Translations under genes and position numbers: made by a program | Notes under the pieces: model-generated | What the model was told of the DNA's origin: nothing | What the model saw: the letters and a program-made list of their open reading frames with translations, nothing else | Databases searched by the model: none | Shown here: in pieces, positions 30,895-39,393 of the stretch | How the letters are laid out: each line of letters starts with the position of its first letter | How positions within the stretch are numbered: position 1 is the first letter of the stretch | NCBI GenBank assembly: GCA_018655525.1 | Contig: JABIJM010000008.1 | Location: 20,836-84,835, forward strand | Length of the DNA: 64,000 nucleotides | Reading direction: 5' to 3' | Source: Candidatus Woesearchaeota archaeon | Lineage (GTDB): Archaea; Nanobdellota; Nanobdellia; Woesearchaeales; GW2011-AR9

Positions 30895-31323
30895 TTACGC
30901 AAATCTATGCGCGCCTGCTGTTAACTCTGCTTTTTTAATGATAACATTTTTGTTATCTAAGGTGTGGCTCAAATATGATGGCCAACATCCATATCCTTTA
31001 TTTTTTGTCCCGAGTCCATCAATACTAAAAACTCGGCCACAATTATTACATTTAATATCATCTCCTTGTTGCATATAACCTTTAGATCCTCCACAAACAT
31101 CACAAGCATCAAATGCCGTTCTTATTGATCCGTCGGTTCCTTTTACTACAAAATAGGTTACAGTAGTACCAGAAGTATCATAATCAAATTTCTGAACTTT
31201 ATCTGTGATACCATTTAATGGTATTTTAAATGATTTGTCATCTTCAGAGATTTGGATGTCTCCTGAAGAACATCCTGCAATTAATAATGTAAGTAAAATC
31301 ATTCCAATAATATATTTTTTCAT
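30895..31323 (-). CDS. DUF2318 family Cys-rich lipoprotein
   Basis: Lipobox IAGC; AFDACDVC..GY.Q.GD...CNNC...GCWP; GGAGG SD. Confidence 0.82.
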   Translation of the reverse strand: MKKYIIGMILLTLLIAGCSSGDIQISEDDKSFKIPLNGITDKVQKFDYDTSGTTVTYFVVKGTDGSIRTAFDACDVCGGSKGYMQQGDDIKCNNCGRVFSIDGLGTKNKGYGCWPSYLSHTLDNKNVIIKKAELTAGAHRFA

Positions 31324-31377
31324 ATTTCATGCCTCCTGATGAAGAAATAGTGGGTGAAACGCTTTATAAAAGAAGAT

Positions 31378-31393
31378 GTGAAACTAGTTTCAC
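31378..31393. promoter_or_regulatory. Perfect 16-bp palindrome GTGAAACTAGTTTCAC, candidate operator of the copper operon
   Basis: Exact inverted repeat 6 nt upstream of TTTTATAAA on the - strand; second half-site GTGAAAC at 31354-31360. Confidence 0.65.
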
Positions 31394-31857
31394 TTTAGAA
31401 TAATAATGTTGGTCATGCCACGCCTTTTACGTTCAATAAGCCCTTTTCCTTCTAATTTATCTAAAACCCTGGACACTTTTACTTTACTTTGTTTTGTTTC
31501 TTTAATAAGATCACTTTGGTACACCGAACCATTTTCTCTAAGTACAATATTCATGATTATTCTTTCTGCTTCATCCAAGTTTTCTAAATTTGGTTGGTTA
31601 GAGAGTTTAGGTTTCTCTAAATTTTTTGACCCATCTTTAAGGAAAAAGGAAACTACGCCTCCAAGAACTACTAAAAGAGCAACTAACCCATAACTAATTT
31701 GTTTCTGAGTATCTAATGTTACTTGCATTGGGCAAGATACGCCATGTGTACAAGACATGCTCACAATTGTTTCTAATGCATTGTTAAAAGACATAACTAG
31801 GAAGAAGATAAGTACAGCGATTCCGATTACAAGGAATCCTACATGTTTATTTTTCAT
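31390..31857 (-). CDS. Membrane-anchored (2 TM) wHTH regulator with extracellular CTHGVSCPM motif
   Basis: Two TMs; LDEAER, VYQSDL, KVKVSRVLDKLEGKGLIERKRRGMTN. Confidence 0.85.
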   Translation of the reverse strand: MKNKHVGFLVIGIAVLIFFLVMSFNNALETIVSMSCTHGVSCPMQVTLDTQKQISYGLVALLVVLGGVVSFFLKDGSKNLEKPKLSNQPNLENLDEAERIIMNIVLRENGSVYQSDLIKETKQSKVKVSRVLDKLEGKGLIERKRRGMTNIIILK

Positions 31858-32875
31858 TGTGGTTGTGAATGTTTTTTCGCATTCTTTTGAGATATATTTC
31901 TAATTTCTTTTTAATATCTTCCTTTAATTTTGATTCAAAAGATAATTTTTCAATTCCATGATTCCAATCTATTTCTGGAATCCGAGTAAGTGAACCTACA
32001 AAATTTCTATTTGCAAGAGTTGCTTGATTTTCAATTCCTTGCGCTATCTCTGTTCCAAATAATTTTAATGCTTTAAATTTTGAAATGGAATTTGAACCTG
32101 CTTTTAATAATAAAGGAATTCTTTCTAAACGGTCCTCCCAGATTCCACATTGGATATCTAATGTAGGAAATTCTATTCGTAATTTTGCAATCCACCAAGC
32201 TTGTTGTTCTTCGCTTGGAATTTCTGCATTTTCAAAAGGTGTGCCTTTTTGTGGGATTAAACCATAAACATGAATTTTATGGATATCATATGTTGTAATA
32301 AACTCAGCTAATAAAGAAAAATCGGATTTTACTTCACCCATTCCTACAATAAAAGTCATTGCTCGTTGTAAATCAAATTCTTTAGAATTTTCAAACATCA
32401 TTTCATATGGTTTCAAAGGTTTAGAAGGACAAACTTGTTTATGTAAAATAGGATTTATTGTTTCTGTTGAACCAACAACACCTTTAATGTATGGTAAATA
32501 TCGTTGTAATAATAATTTAGATATTGGCCCTATTGAAAGCCAAATTTTTTCATTTGTGATTTCATAAATTGATTTTAAAAGAGATTCTAATTCGTCTGGT
32601 TTCAATGCACCAATGCCACCTGTAAAGAACCCTATGTCCCATCCAAGATGTTTACATAGAATAAATTCTGCTAAGATAGATGAGTTACTTCGTTTTGTTT
32701 CTTGGACTACTTTTTCTAAAGGTTGTGTGCTCATGTAACAAAATGTACAATCTCCAATCATGCATCCCCAACTAAAGAATACTGCTCGTTCAAAGGTTAC
32801 AGAGTTGTTGAAATTTTCTGTATAAATCTTTTGAGCTTGTTCTATTAGTTGTGGTGTTTCACTGAAATCTTCCAT
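31847..32875 (-). CDS. Radical SAM protein (BioB/HcgA-like) with CX4CX2C motif
   Basis: CMIGDCTFC, TGG, ETIN, IVGMGE, LIPQKGTPF, AGSN. Confidence 0.82.
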   Translation of the reverse strand: MEDFSETPQLIEQAQKIYTENFNNSVTFERAVFFSWGCMIGDCTFCYMSTQPLEKVVQETKRSNSSILAEFILCKHLGWDIGFFTGGIGALKPDELESLLKSIYEITNEKIWLSIGPISKLLLQRYLPYIKGVVGSTETINPILHKQVCPSKPLKPYEMMFENSKEFDLQRAMTFIVGMGEVKSDFSLLAEFITTYDIHKIHVYGLIPQKGTPFENAEIPSEEQQAWWIAKLRIEFPTLDIQCGIWEDRLERIPLLLKAGSNSISKFKALKLFGTEIAQGIENQATLANRNFVGSLTRIPEIDWNHGIEKLSFESKLKEDIKKKLEIYLKRMRKNIHNHNEK

Positions 32876-32949
32876 ATGCTTCTTTTCTTTGGGTTACTTT
32901 ATAATATTTATGAGAAATTTATATAAATAACAACTAATACATAAACAAT

Positions 32950-33366
32950 ATGAAAGTAATAAGCGCATGTTTAGCTGGCATTGAATGCCGATATGATGGA
33001 AAAGGTAAGCCTAATTCTAAAATCATTGAGTTAGTTAAAGAAGGAAAAGCCATTCTTGTTTGTCCAGAACAATTAGGAGGATTGTCAACCCCAAGAACTC
33101 CTGCAGAACAGAAAGGAGACAAAGTTTTAACTACAAAAGGAGAGGACATCACTAAAGAATTTGAAAAAGGTGCAGAAGAAGCCTTGAAAATTGCAAAAAT
33201 GGCTGGGTGTTCAAAAGCAATCTTAAAGGCAAAATCCCCTTCTTGTGGATATGGAATGGTTTATGATGGAAGTTTCACAGGAACTTTAAAAGAAGGTAAT
33301 GGTGTTTTCGCTGAGCTTCTTAAAAAGAATGGATTTAAGATAATTACTGAAGAAGATTTAGTATGA
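32950..33366 (+). CDS. tudS: DUF523 / TudS thiouracil desulfidase family protein
   Basis: SACLAG..CRYDG, VCPEQLGGL.TPR, LKAKSPSCG, G.GVFA. Confidence 0.88.
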   Translation: MKVISACLAGIECRYDGKGKPNSKIIELVKEGKAILVCPEQLGGLSTPRTPAEQKGDKVLTTKGEDITKEFEKGAEEALKIAKMAGCSKAILKAKSPSCGYGMVYDGSFTGTLKEGNGVFAELLKKNGFKIITEEDLV

Positions 33367-33412
33367 GATTTCTATAATACAATTTAAAAAGAACACCTCA
33401 AATATCACTTTT

Positions 33413-34669
33413 ATGAACAAATCAATAGAAATCATGGCACCTGCTGGATCGTACGAATCACTTATGGCTGCAATCAATGCTGGTGCGAACTCTGTGTACT
33501 TTGGGATTGAGCAGTTGAATATGCGAGCGAGAGCTGCAAATAACTTTACAACAGAAGATTTGAAGAAAATTGTAAAGATTTGTAAGGAACATAATGTGAA
33601 AACATACCTTACCTTGAATACAATTATGTATGATCACGATATTACGTTAATGAAGAAAATTTGTGATACAGCAAAGGAAGAAGGTGTAACTGCTGCGATT
33701 TGTAGTGATGTTGCTGCGATGTCCTATGCAAAAGAAATTGGCCTAGAAGTTCATATCTCTACACAAGCAAATGTCAGTAATTTTGAAACTGTGAAATTTT
33801 ATGCGCAATTTGCGGATGTTATCGTATTGGCACGAGAACTAACATTCAAACAAGTTAAACGAATAACAGAAAATATTGAAAAAGAACAAGTTAAAGGACC
33901 TTCAGGAAATTTAGTGGAGATTGAATTATTTATTCATGGAGCCTTGTGTGTCGCTGTTTCTGGAAAATGCTATATGTCTCTTGCAACGTACAATTCTTCC
34001 GCAAATAGAGGAGCATGTTTACAAAATTGTAGAAGGTCTTACAAAGTTATTGATGAAGAAACTGGCGATGAATTAGTTATTGATAATAAATATATTATGT
34101 CTCCTAAAGATCTTTGTACGATTGGATTTATTGATAAGATTCTAGATTCTGGTGTAAAGGTATTAAAGATTGAAGGAAGAGGACGTGCGCCGGATTATGT
34201 TCATACAACTGTAGGATGTTACAGAGAAGCTGTTGATTCTTATAAAGAAGGAACGTATACAGAAGAAAAAATTAATGTATGGACTAAAAGATTAGAGACG
34301 GTGTTTAACAGAGGTTTCTGGCATGGTGGTTATTATTTAGGAAAACAACTTGGTGAATGGAGTGGCATTTATGGTTCTAAAACAACAAAAGAAAAAAAAT
34401 ATCTTGGATTAGCAAAAAATTATTTTATGAAACCTAAGATTGCCGAATTTCAGTTAGAAGCTTTTGAAGTAAAAGTTGGAGATGAAATCTTAATTACAGG
34501 TCCTACCACTGGTGTAATTCAAATGAATATTGAATCTTTATTCAAAGATGAGAAAAAGGTAGATTCTGCTGTAAAAGGAGATGAAATTACGTTTCCAGTT
34601 TCTGAGAAAGTACGACCAAATGATAAATTATTTTTAATTGTGGATGTGAAAAATGACAAACCTAATTGA
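33413..34669 (+). CDS. Peptidase U32 family Fe-S hydroxylase (TrhP/RlhA-like)
   Basis: MAPAG, HISTQ, LAREL, HGALC-X6-C-X15-C-X3-C, MSPKDL, KIEGR; C-terminal beta-barrel. Confidence 0.92.
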   Translation: MNKSIEIMAPAGSYESLMAAINAGANSVYFGIEQLNMRARAANNFTTEDLKKIVKICKEHNVKTYLTLNTIMYDHDITLMKKICDTAKEEGVTAAICSDVAAMSYAKEIGLEVHISTQANVSNFETVKFYAQFADVIVLARELTFKQVKRITENIEKEQVKGPSGNLVEIELFIHGALCVAVSGKCYMSLATYNSSANRGACLQNCRRSYKVIDEETGDELVIDNKYIMSPKDLCTIGFIDKILDSGVKVLKIEGRGRAPDYVHTTVGCYREAVDSYKEGTYTEEKINVWTKRLETVFNRGFWHGGYYLGKQLGEWSGIYGSKTTKEKKYLGLAKNYFMKPKIAEFQLEAFEVKVGDEILITGPTTGVIQMNIESLFKDEKKVDSAVKGDEITFPVSEKVRPNDKLFLIVDVKNDKPN

Positions 34670-34898
34670 ATTACGGAAAGAAATTGATGCAATTAATGAA
34701 CAATTAATGAGTTTGTTAGAAAAACGTATTGAAATTACAAAAAGAGTTATGAGTTTTAAGGATAAAGAAGGTATTGAGAGATATGACAAAATACGAGAAC
34801 AAGAAATTGTTGGGAAGCTATGCAATAATCATAATTTAGATAAAACATTTATTGAAAAAATAATGAAATTAATTTTTGAGGAAGCAAAAAATGCCTAA
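34653..34898 (+). CDS. Monofunctional AroQ chorismate mutase
   Basis: LRKEIDAINEQLMSLLEKR, K, D..RE motifs; 17-nt overlap with the U32 gene. Confidence 0.82.
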   Translation: MTNLIELRKEIDAINEQLMSLLEKRIEITKRVMSFKDKEGIERYDKIREQEIVGKLCNNHNLDKTFIEKIMKLIFEEAKNA

Positions 34899-35115
34899 AA
34901 TTGCGCATTACCGAGAAAAATGTATTGGATGTAATTCTTGTGTGGAGCAGGCACCAGATAGATGGAAAATTTCTGAAGCTGATGGAAAATCTATATTAAT
35001 TGGATCAAAAAAGAAAGGTGAAGTTTTTGTAACTGAGATCCGTATGGATGAATTAGAAGCAAATGAACGTGCTGCAAGAGATTGTCCTGTAAGGATTATT
35101 AAAATTCTAAAATGA
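34891..35115 (+). CDS. Ferredoxin (Fer4_13/15-like)
   Basis: CIGCNSC ... CPVRII; ATG at 34891 overlaps the chorismate mutase stop. Confidence 0.88.
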   Translation: MPKIAHYREKCIGCNSCVEQAPDRWKISEADGKSILIGSKKKGEVFVTEIRMDELEANERAARDCPVRIIKILK

Positions 35116-35639
35116 ACCCAAATAGATTCAAAAATCTTGTGGAGATTTGTCATAGAGAATGGTTAAGTAAATCTGTAGGAATTCCTTCTTCACATAAGTA
35201 TGGTGTAGATCTTCTAAGTGATGAAATTGGTATTGAACTTAAATCCAGATTACGAAGAAGAAATAAAAAAAATGAAGTTCTACAAGGAAACAGTCGCTTT
35301 GCAGTTCACGAATACCAAGTTCCAGGATTTCCAGAAGAACATCCTAATGTTGATTTATATTGGGCATTTCTTTTTTATGACCTTGGCATGTCTGTTGATG
35401 ATGTTCCTCCTTACTACACTCCTAGAGAAATTGAACCACATATCTCTGGAAGAGAAGCATGGTTTTTCAATTGGGAGTGGATTGATTCATTCCCTGTAAG
35501 TTATCCTAAAACTGGCCCTTATAGATATGTTGGGATAAAAGATTTTCCTGAACCTTCTCTTTGTGAGACATTAAAAGTTAATGAAGGAAGAATTTATTTT
35601 AATCCAGAATCAAATTTAAGAAAAAAATTAAAAATTTAA
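35112..35639 (+). CDS. Putative PD-(D/E)XK nuclease-fold protein
   Basis: YGVDL-X5-IGIELKS pattern; ATGA overlap with ferredoxin. Confidence 0.55.
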   Translation: MNPNRFKNLVEICHREWLSKSVGIPSSHKYGVDLLSDEIGIELKSRLRRRNKKNEVLQGNSRFAVHEYQVPGFPEEHPNVDLYWAFLFYDLGMSVDDVPPYYTPREIEPHISGREAWFFNWEWIDSFPVSYPKTGPYRYVGIKDFPEPSLCETLKVNEGRIYFNPESNLRKKLKI

Positions 35640-35644
35640 AAAAA

Positions 35645-36133
35645 TTATTCTACAATAATCTTTCCTTTCATACTGCCATGGCCTTCGCCACAAAATACAT
35701 TGCAAGAAAATGTATGAGTTCCAAGGGTATTCGCTACGAATTCTACGGTTTTTGTTTCACCTGGATTGAATTTAACATCAACATCAAATTCCTTTAATGA
35801 AATGCCGTGTGTAACATCTTCACTTGTAATTGTTAATTTAACGTTATCTCCTTTCTTTACTTTGATTTCTGAAGGGATAAATTCCCATTTCTTTGCAACC
35901 ATTGAAATTTCAACTACATTATAGTCCTCCGGCGGAATTAAAGGTTCTTCCATTTCATTTACTTCTTCTACAACCGTTTCTTTAGTATCTTCGTTTCCTT
36001 CTGTTGGCATTTCCGTTGTTGTGGGCTCTTCTGGCATTTCATAATCTGGAAAAGATGTTTCTTGACAACCTGAAATAACAAAAGAAAGAACCATAATAAT
36101 TCCAATTAAAATTACATTTATTTTTTTCATCAT
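35645..36133 (-). CDS. Cupredoxin lipoprotein with CuA-type ligand set
   Basis: Lipobox ISGC; DVTHG and CNVFCGEGHGSM. Confidence 0.87.
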   Translation of the reverse strand: MMKKINVILIGIIMVLSFVISGCQETSFPDYEMPEEPTTTEMPTEGNEDTKETVVEEVNEMEEPLIPPEDYNVVEISMVAKKWEFIPSEIKVKKGDNVKLTITSEDVTHGISLKEFDVDVKFNPGETKTVEFVANTLGTHTFSCNVFCGEGHGSMKGKIIVE

Positions 36134-36194
36134 ATCTACCTCTAATCAATATATGAAAAAAAGAATTATATAAATCTTATGAAGTTTGTAAAAA

Positions 36195-36830
36195 TTAACA
36201 ATGAACTCCCTTTTCAATTCTTCCAGAAGTCAAATCAACTGTAAATAATCCTTCATTTTCTTGGGAACAAAGAAATTCTTTGCTACCTTCATTATTTTTA
36301 ATTGTTTCATAATAAGTATGTTTCATAAATCCGATTTTTTTCTCTGATTTCGCACATTTTTGGAACTTTAATTCTGAAAGGATATACATCTCATAAGTTC
36401 CATGGTGCGCTTTGTCTTGTCCAATTTTATTTAAGCAAGTCAATTCGTCTCTAAAATTAGAATCTTCATCTGATGCTGCAAGTTGTACAGCAAATGATGA
36501 ATCTGAAAGTAACCTATAAGGAGGTTTTTGTTCATACATTTTTGTGATTTCTTCAATAAAATTTATTTCGTCTGCAATTTCCCCGGCTATTGCCTTTACA
36601 CCTAATTTTGTTTCTAATGTTAATAATGTTGGTTGCTCTAAATAGACATATGTTTGAAATGAGTTTGGATAAAGATTTTGTAAATTTTCAGAATAATCTT
36701 GTGTTTGAATAGAAATTGCTGCGCCGGTTAAATTTTCAACACCATCTAGTGTTAGAAATAAAGATACAACGAGAAATGCAATAACTAAAATACTATAAAA
36801 CTTTAATTTTTCAACATCTTGCTTTCCCAT
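36195..36830 (-). CDS. Hypothetical membrane-anchored protein
   Basis: N-terminal TM followed by LTGAAI; four Cys in the ectodomain. Confidence 0.7.
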   Translation of the reverse strand: MGKQDVEKLKFYSILVIAFLVVSLFLTLDGVENLTGAAISIQTQDYSENLQNLYPNSFQTYVYLEQPTLLTLETKLGVKAIAGEIADEINFIEEITKMYEQKPPYRLLSDSSFAVQLAASDEDSNFRDELTCLNKIGQDKAHHGTYEMYILSELKFQKCAKSEKKIGFMKHTYYETIKNNEGSKEFLCSQENEGLFTVDLTSGRIEKGVHC

Positions 36831-36864
36831 CTTAAGAAAAAAGAAGTTTTGTGCATTTATAAAT

Positions 36865-37260
36865 TTATCCTAATACCTTATTTCTAATAATAGAACTTTT
36901 ATGTTGATGTGTTTTGTATGGTTGTCCACGTAATACGGGTAAATTAAATTTTTCTTTTAATAATTTTTCAATTGGAGGATGATCATATCCTAAAAAAATG
37001 ATGTCTGGTTTTTTTTCTTCAATAATTTTAAAATGATCTTCTTGATTTCCTAAAACCGCTTCATCTACTATTTTTAAACTTGAGATTAGTTGTAACCGTT
37101 CATGTTCGCAGAATGCAATGTCTTTTTGTTCTTGTTTTTTAGTGGAATCTCTGGCTAAAACAACAATCAGATAATCGCCATGATTTTTTGCTTGTGTAAA
37201 ATAATCTAAATGGCCAATATGTAATAAATCAAATGTTCCAAAACATATTACTTTTTTCAT
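36865..37260 (-). CDS. ribL: Archaeal FAD synthetase / cytidylyltransferase family
   Basis: GTFDLLHIGH, VVLARD, ER, VDEAVLG, PDIIFLGYD, KSSII. Confidence 0.8.
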   Translation of the reverse strand: MKKVICFGTFDLLHIGHLDYFTQAKNHGDYLIVVLARDSTKKQEQKDIAFCEHERLQLISSLKIVDEAVLGNQEDHFKIIEEKKPDIIFLGYDHPPIEKLLKEKFNLPVLRGQPYKTHQHKSSIIRNKVLG

Positions 37261-39305
37261 TTGTCTGTTAATTTAGCTTTATGAATTATTAATCTTCCGG
37301 AACAAGATGAATCCATCACAATCTCTGTGTCTAAAAGTTCTATCTTTTTATTGAATAATGGACAATCCAACACAAGAGATTCAAATTCTCCGCCTTCACC
37401 ATTTACCATAATTCCTTTTATATTGTTTAATTTATGTAATGTGTCTTCAGTTACAATTTGATTTAACCAAGAATCATCAAATCCGTCTGCAGCTACTGCA
37501 GACAAGACAAATGTAAATTTCTGTTGTAATAGTTCTTTCATTTCTTGTGCTGGGTCCTTGTGCCATAATGGAGAAAATATTTTTAATCCCAATTTGTCAC
37601 AAATTTTTTCTATACGGTCTCGTTGGTATGTTGAAAATACTGCGCCGGAAACCACACCTTCAATTTTGTATGTGTCTTTCGCATTCTGTAATGCTAACTC
37701 TAAATCTTGAAGTTCTGTTTCTTTTTCCCCTTCTGTTTCTTGCTCTATTAAAGATAAATTCATTGCTTCTGCTTGTAATTCAACCATATTGACAGATGCT
37801 GTTTGAAACATATAAGAATCTGGATTTTTTGATTTCATAGTAATTAAACATGTTAAATCATAATTCTGTCGTTTCATAATATGTGCTGAGTAACATGAAT
37901 CTTTACCAGAGCTGAATAAGACGCCTAATTTGACATTATGTGAAGGATAAAATTGTTTCAAGTATTCGGATTTTGATTTTTGTTCTTGTTTTGCAAGTTT
38001 CCCTAATGCAAAATCAAATTTGCTTCCATATTGTGCAGCTGTTTTCTTTCTGAATGCAAATTCTTTAGAAATTCCTTTGGATTGTGCAATGTCACGAAGT
38101 ATGAATTTTGCCGTTTCTTCTTTGATTTTATGTTCTTCTGGAATTTTAAGAGAAAATTTTGCTAAATTTCTATCTAAGAATGGTAAACGTAATTCCATAT
38201 TTTGATCCATTGTGATTACATCATCTCTGTATAAATCGCGTTCATACATTTTTAATAAGCCTGAAACACATTCTTGATTGATGTTTGCAGATTTTTTATG
38301 ACGATCATATCCTGCAAAAATTTCTTCAGAACCAAGACCAGAGAAGATTACCTTACATCCATCTTCTTTTGCAAGTTCACATGCAAGATAGAAAGTTAAC
38401 GCAACACCTACTTTCACAACGTTAGAATCTTCAATTAAAGGAACGATTTTTTCTAAGTAAGGTTTGATTTCTTCAATGGTTACTTTTTTAATCTTTAATT
38501 TTAAACCTAATTCTTTTGCAACTGCTTGTGCTGCAACGAGATCTGAAGGATCTTTATTTTCCGTATCTAAAACTGCCGTGTAACAAGTGAAATCGTAGTT
38601 ATTGTCCTTAAAATGTTTTGCAAGGAACGTTGAATCAATACCTCCAGAGAATAATAAGCCAAATTTTTGGTTTGGAATTCGTTTTTCAATTGCTTCGCTA
38701 AGTAATGTTTCTGTTTGTTGTTTTAATTCTTCATAAGATTCTTGATGTTCAGGGAAGTATGTTACAAATGTCCTATTCTTGAAAGATATTTCTTTTGTTT
38801 CTATGTTATATGAAAGAATACTTCGAGGATTTAATTCTTGTATGTCAATATAACCGAGTTTTTCCAATACTTTCTTTTCTGATGCAAATGCAAATTGATC
38901 TCTATTATGAATGAACCACAAAGGTTTTACACCAAATAAATCTCGTGCCAAAATTACAATGTCATCTTTGATGTATGCAAATGCAAATACGCCATCTAAT
39001 TCTTCTATATGATGATTTTGATCTAAGAATTTTAATACAAGTTCTGCATCATTTTGCGCATTGAGATTATATTTTTGTGATAATTCTTTCCAATTATAAA
39101 TTTCGCAGTTTGCAGTAAGGATTCCTCCTTCTTGTAACGGTTGTGGCACATGATTGACAACTGCGTGTAAAGTATGTCCAATGACTCCTTCTTTAAGTTC
39201 TAAGATTTTAGAAGCATCTTTTCCCCTATTTTTAAGAATAGCTAACGCTGTTTCTACTTGTTGTTTAGCCTGTTCATGATGAAATATTCCTATGATGCCA
39301 CACAT
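37257..39305 (-). CDS. Fusion of an AsnB-like amidotransferase (Ntn + synthetase) with diphthine-ammonia ligase (Dph6)
   Basis: MCGI, EIYN, RDLFGVKPL, SGGIDS, RLPFLD; then SSGKDS, DSYMFQ, YQRDRIE, PLW, GEGGEFESLVLD. Confidence 0.88.
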   Translation of the reverse strand: MCGIIGIFHHEQAKQQVETALAILKNRGKDASKILELKEGVIGHTLHAVVNHVPQPLQEGGILTANCEIYNWKELSQKYNLNAQNDAELVLKFLDQNHHIEELDGVFAFAYIKDDIVILARDLFGVKPLWFIHNRDQFAFASEKKVLEKLGYIDIQELNPRSILSYNIETKEISFKNRTFVTYFPEHQESYEELKQQTETLLSEAIEKRIPNQKFGLLFSGGIDSTFLAKHFKDNNYDFTCYTAVLDTENKDPSDLVAAQAVAKELGLKLKIKKVTIEEIKPYLEKIVPLIEDSNVVKVGVALTFYLACELAKEDGCKVIFSGLGSEEIFAGYDRHKKSANINQECVSGLLKMYERDLYRDDVITMDQNMELRLPFLDRNLAKFSLKIPEEHKIKEETAKFILRDIAQSKGISKEFAFRKKTAAQYGSKFDFALGKLAKQEQKSKSEYLKQFYPSHNVKLGVLFSSGKDSCYSAHIMKRQNYDLTCLITMKSKNPDSYMFQTASVNMVELQAEAMNLSLIEQETEGEKETELQDLELALQNAKDTYKIEGVVSGAVFSTYQRDRIEKICDKLGLKIFSPLWHKDPAQEMKELLQQKFTFVLSAVAADGFDDSWLNQIVTEDTLHKLNNIKGIMVNGEGGEFESLVLDCPLFNKKIELLDTEIVMDSSCSGRLIIHKAKLTDK

Positions 39306-39393
39306 AGGTGACTATTTGGAGGGATTTTTTATAAAGATATAGACAAAAACAGTTCATTTTTGTGTTGTAGAGAATCTAAGTGTTTATTAAATT

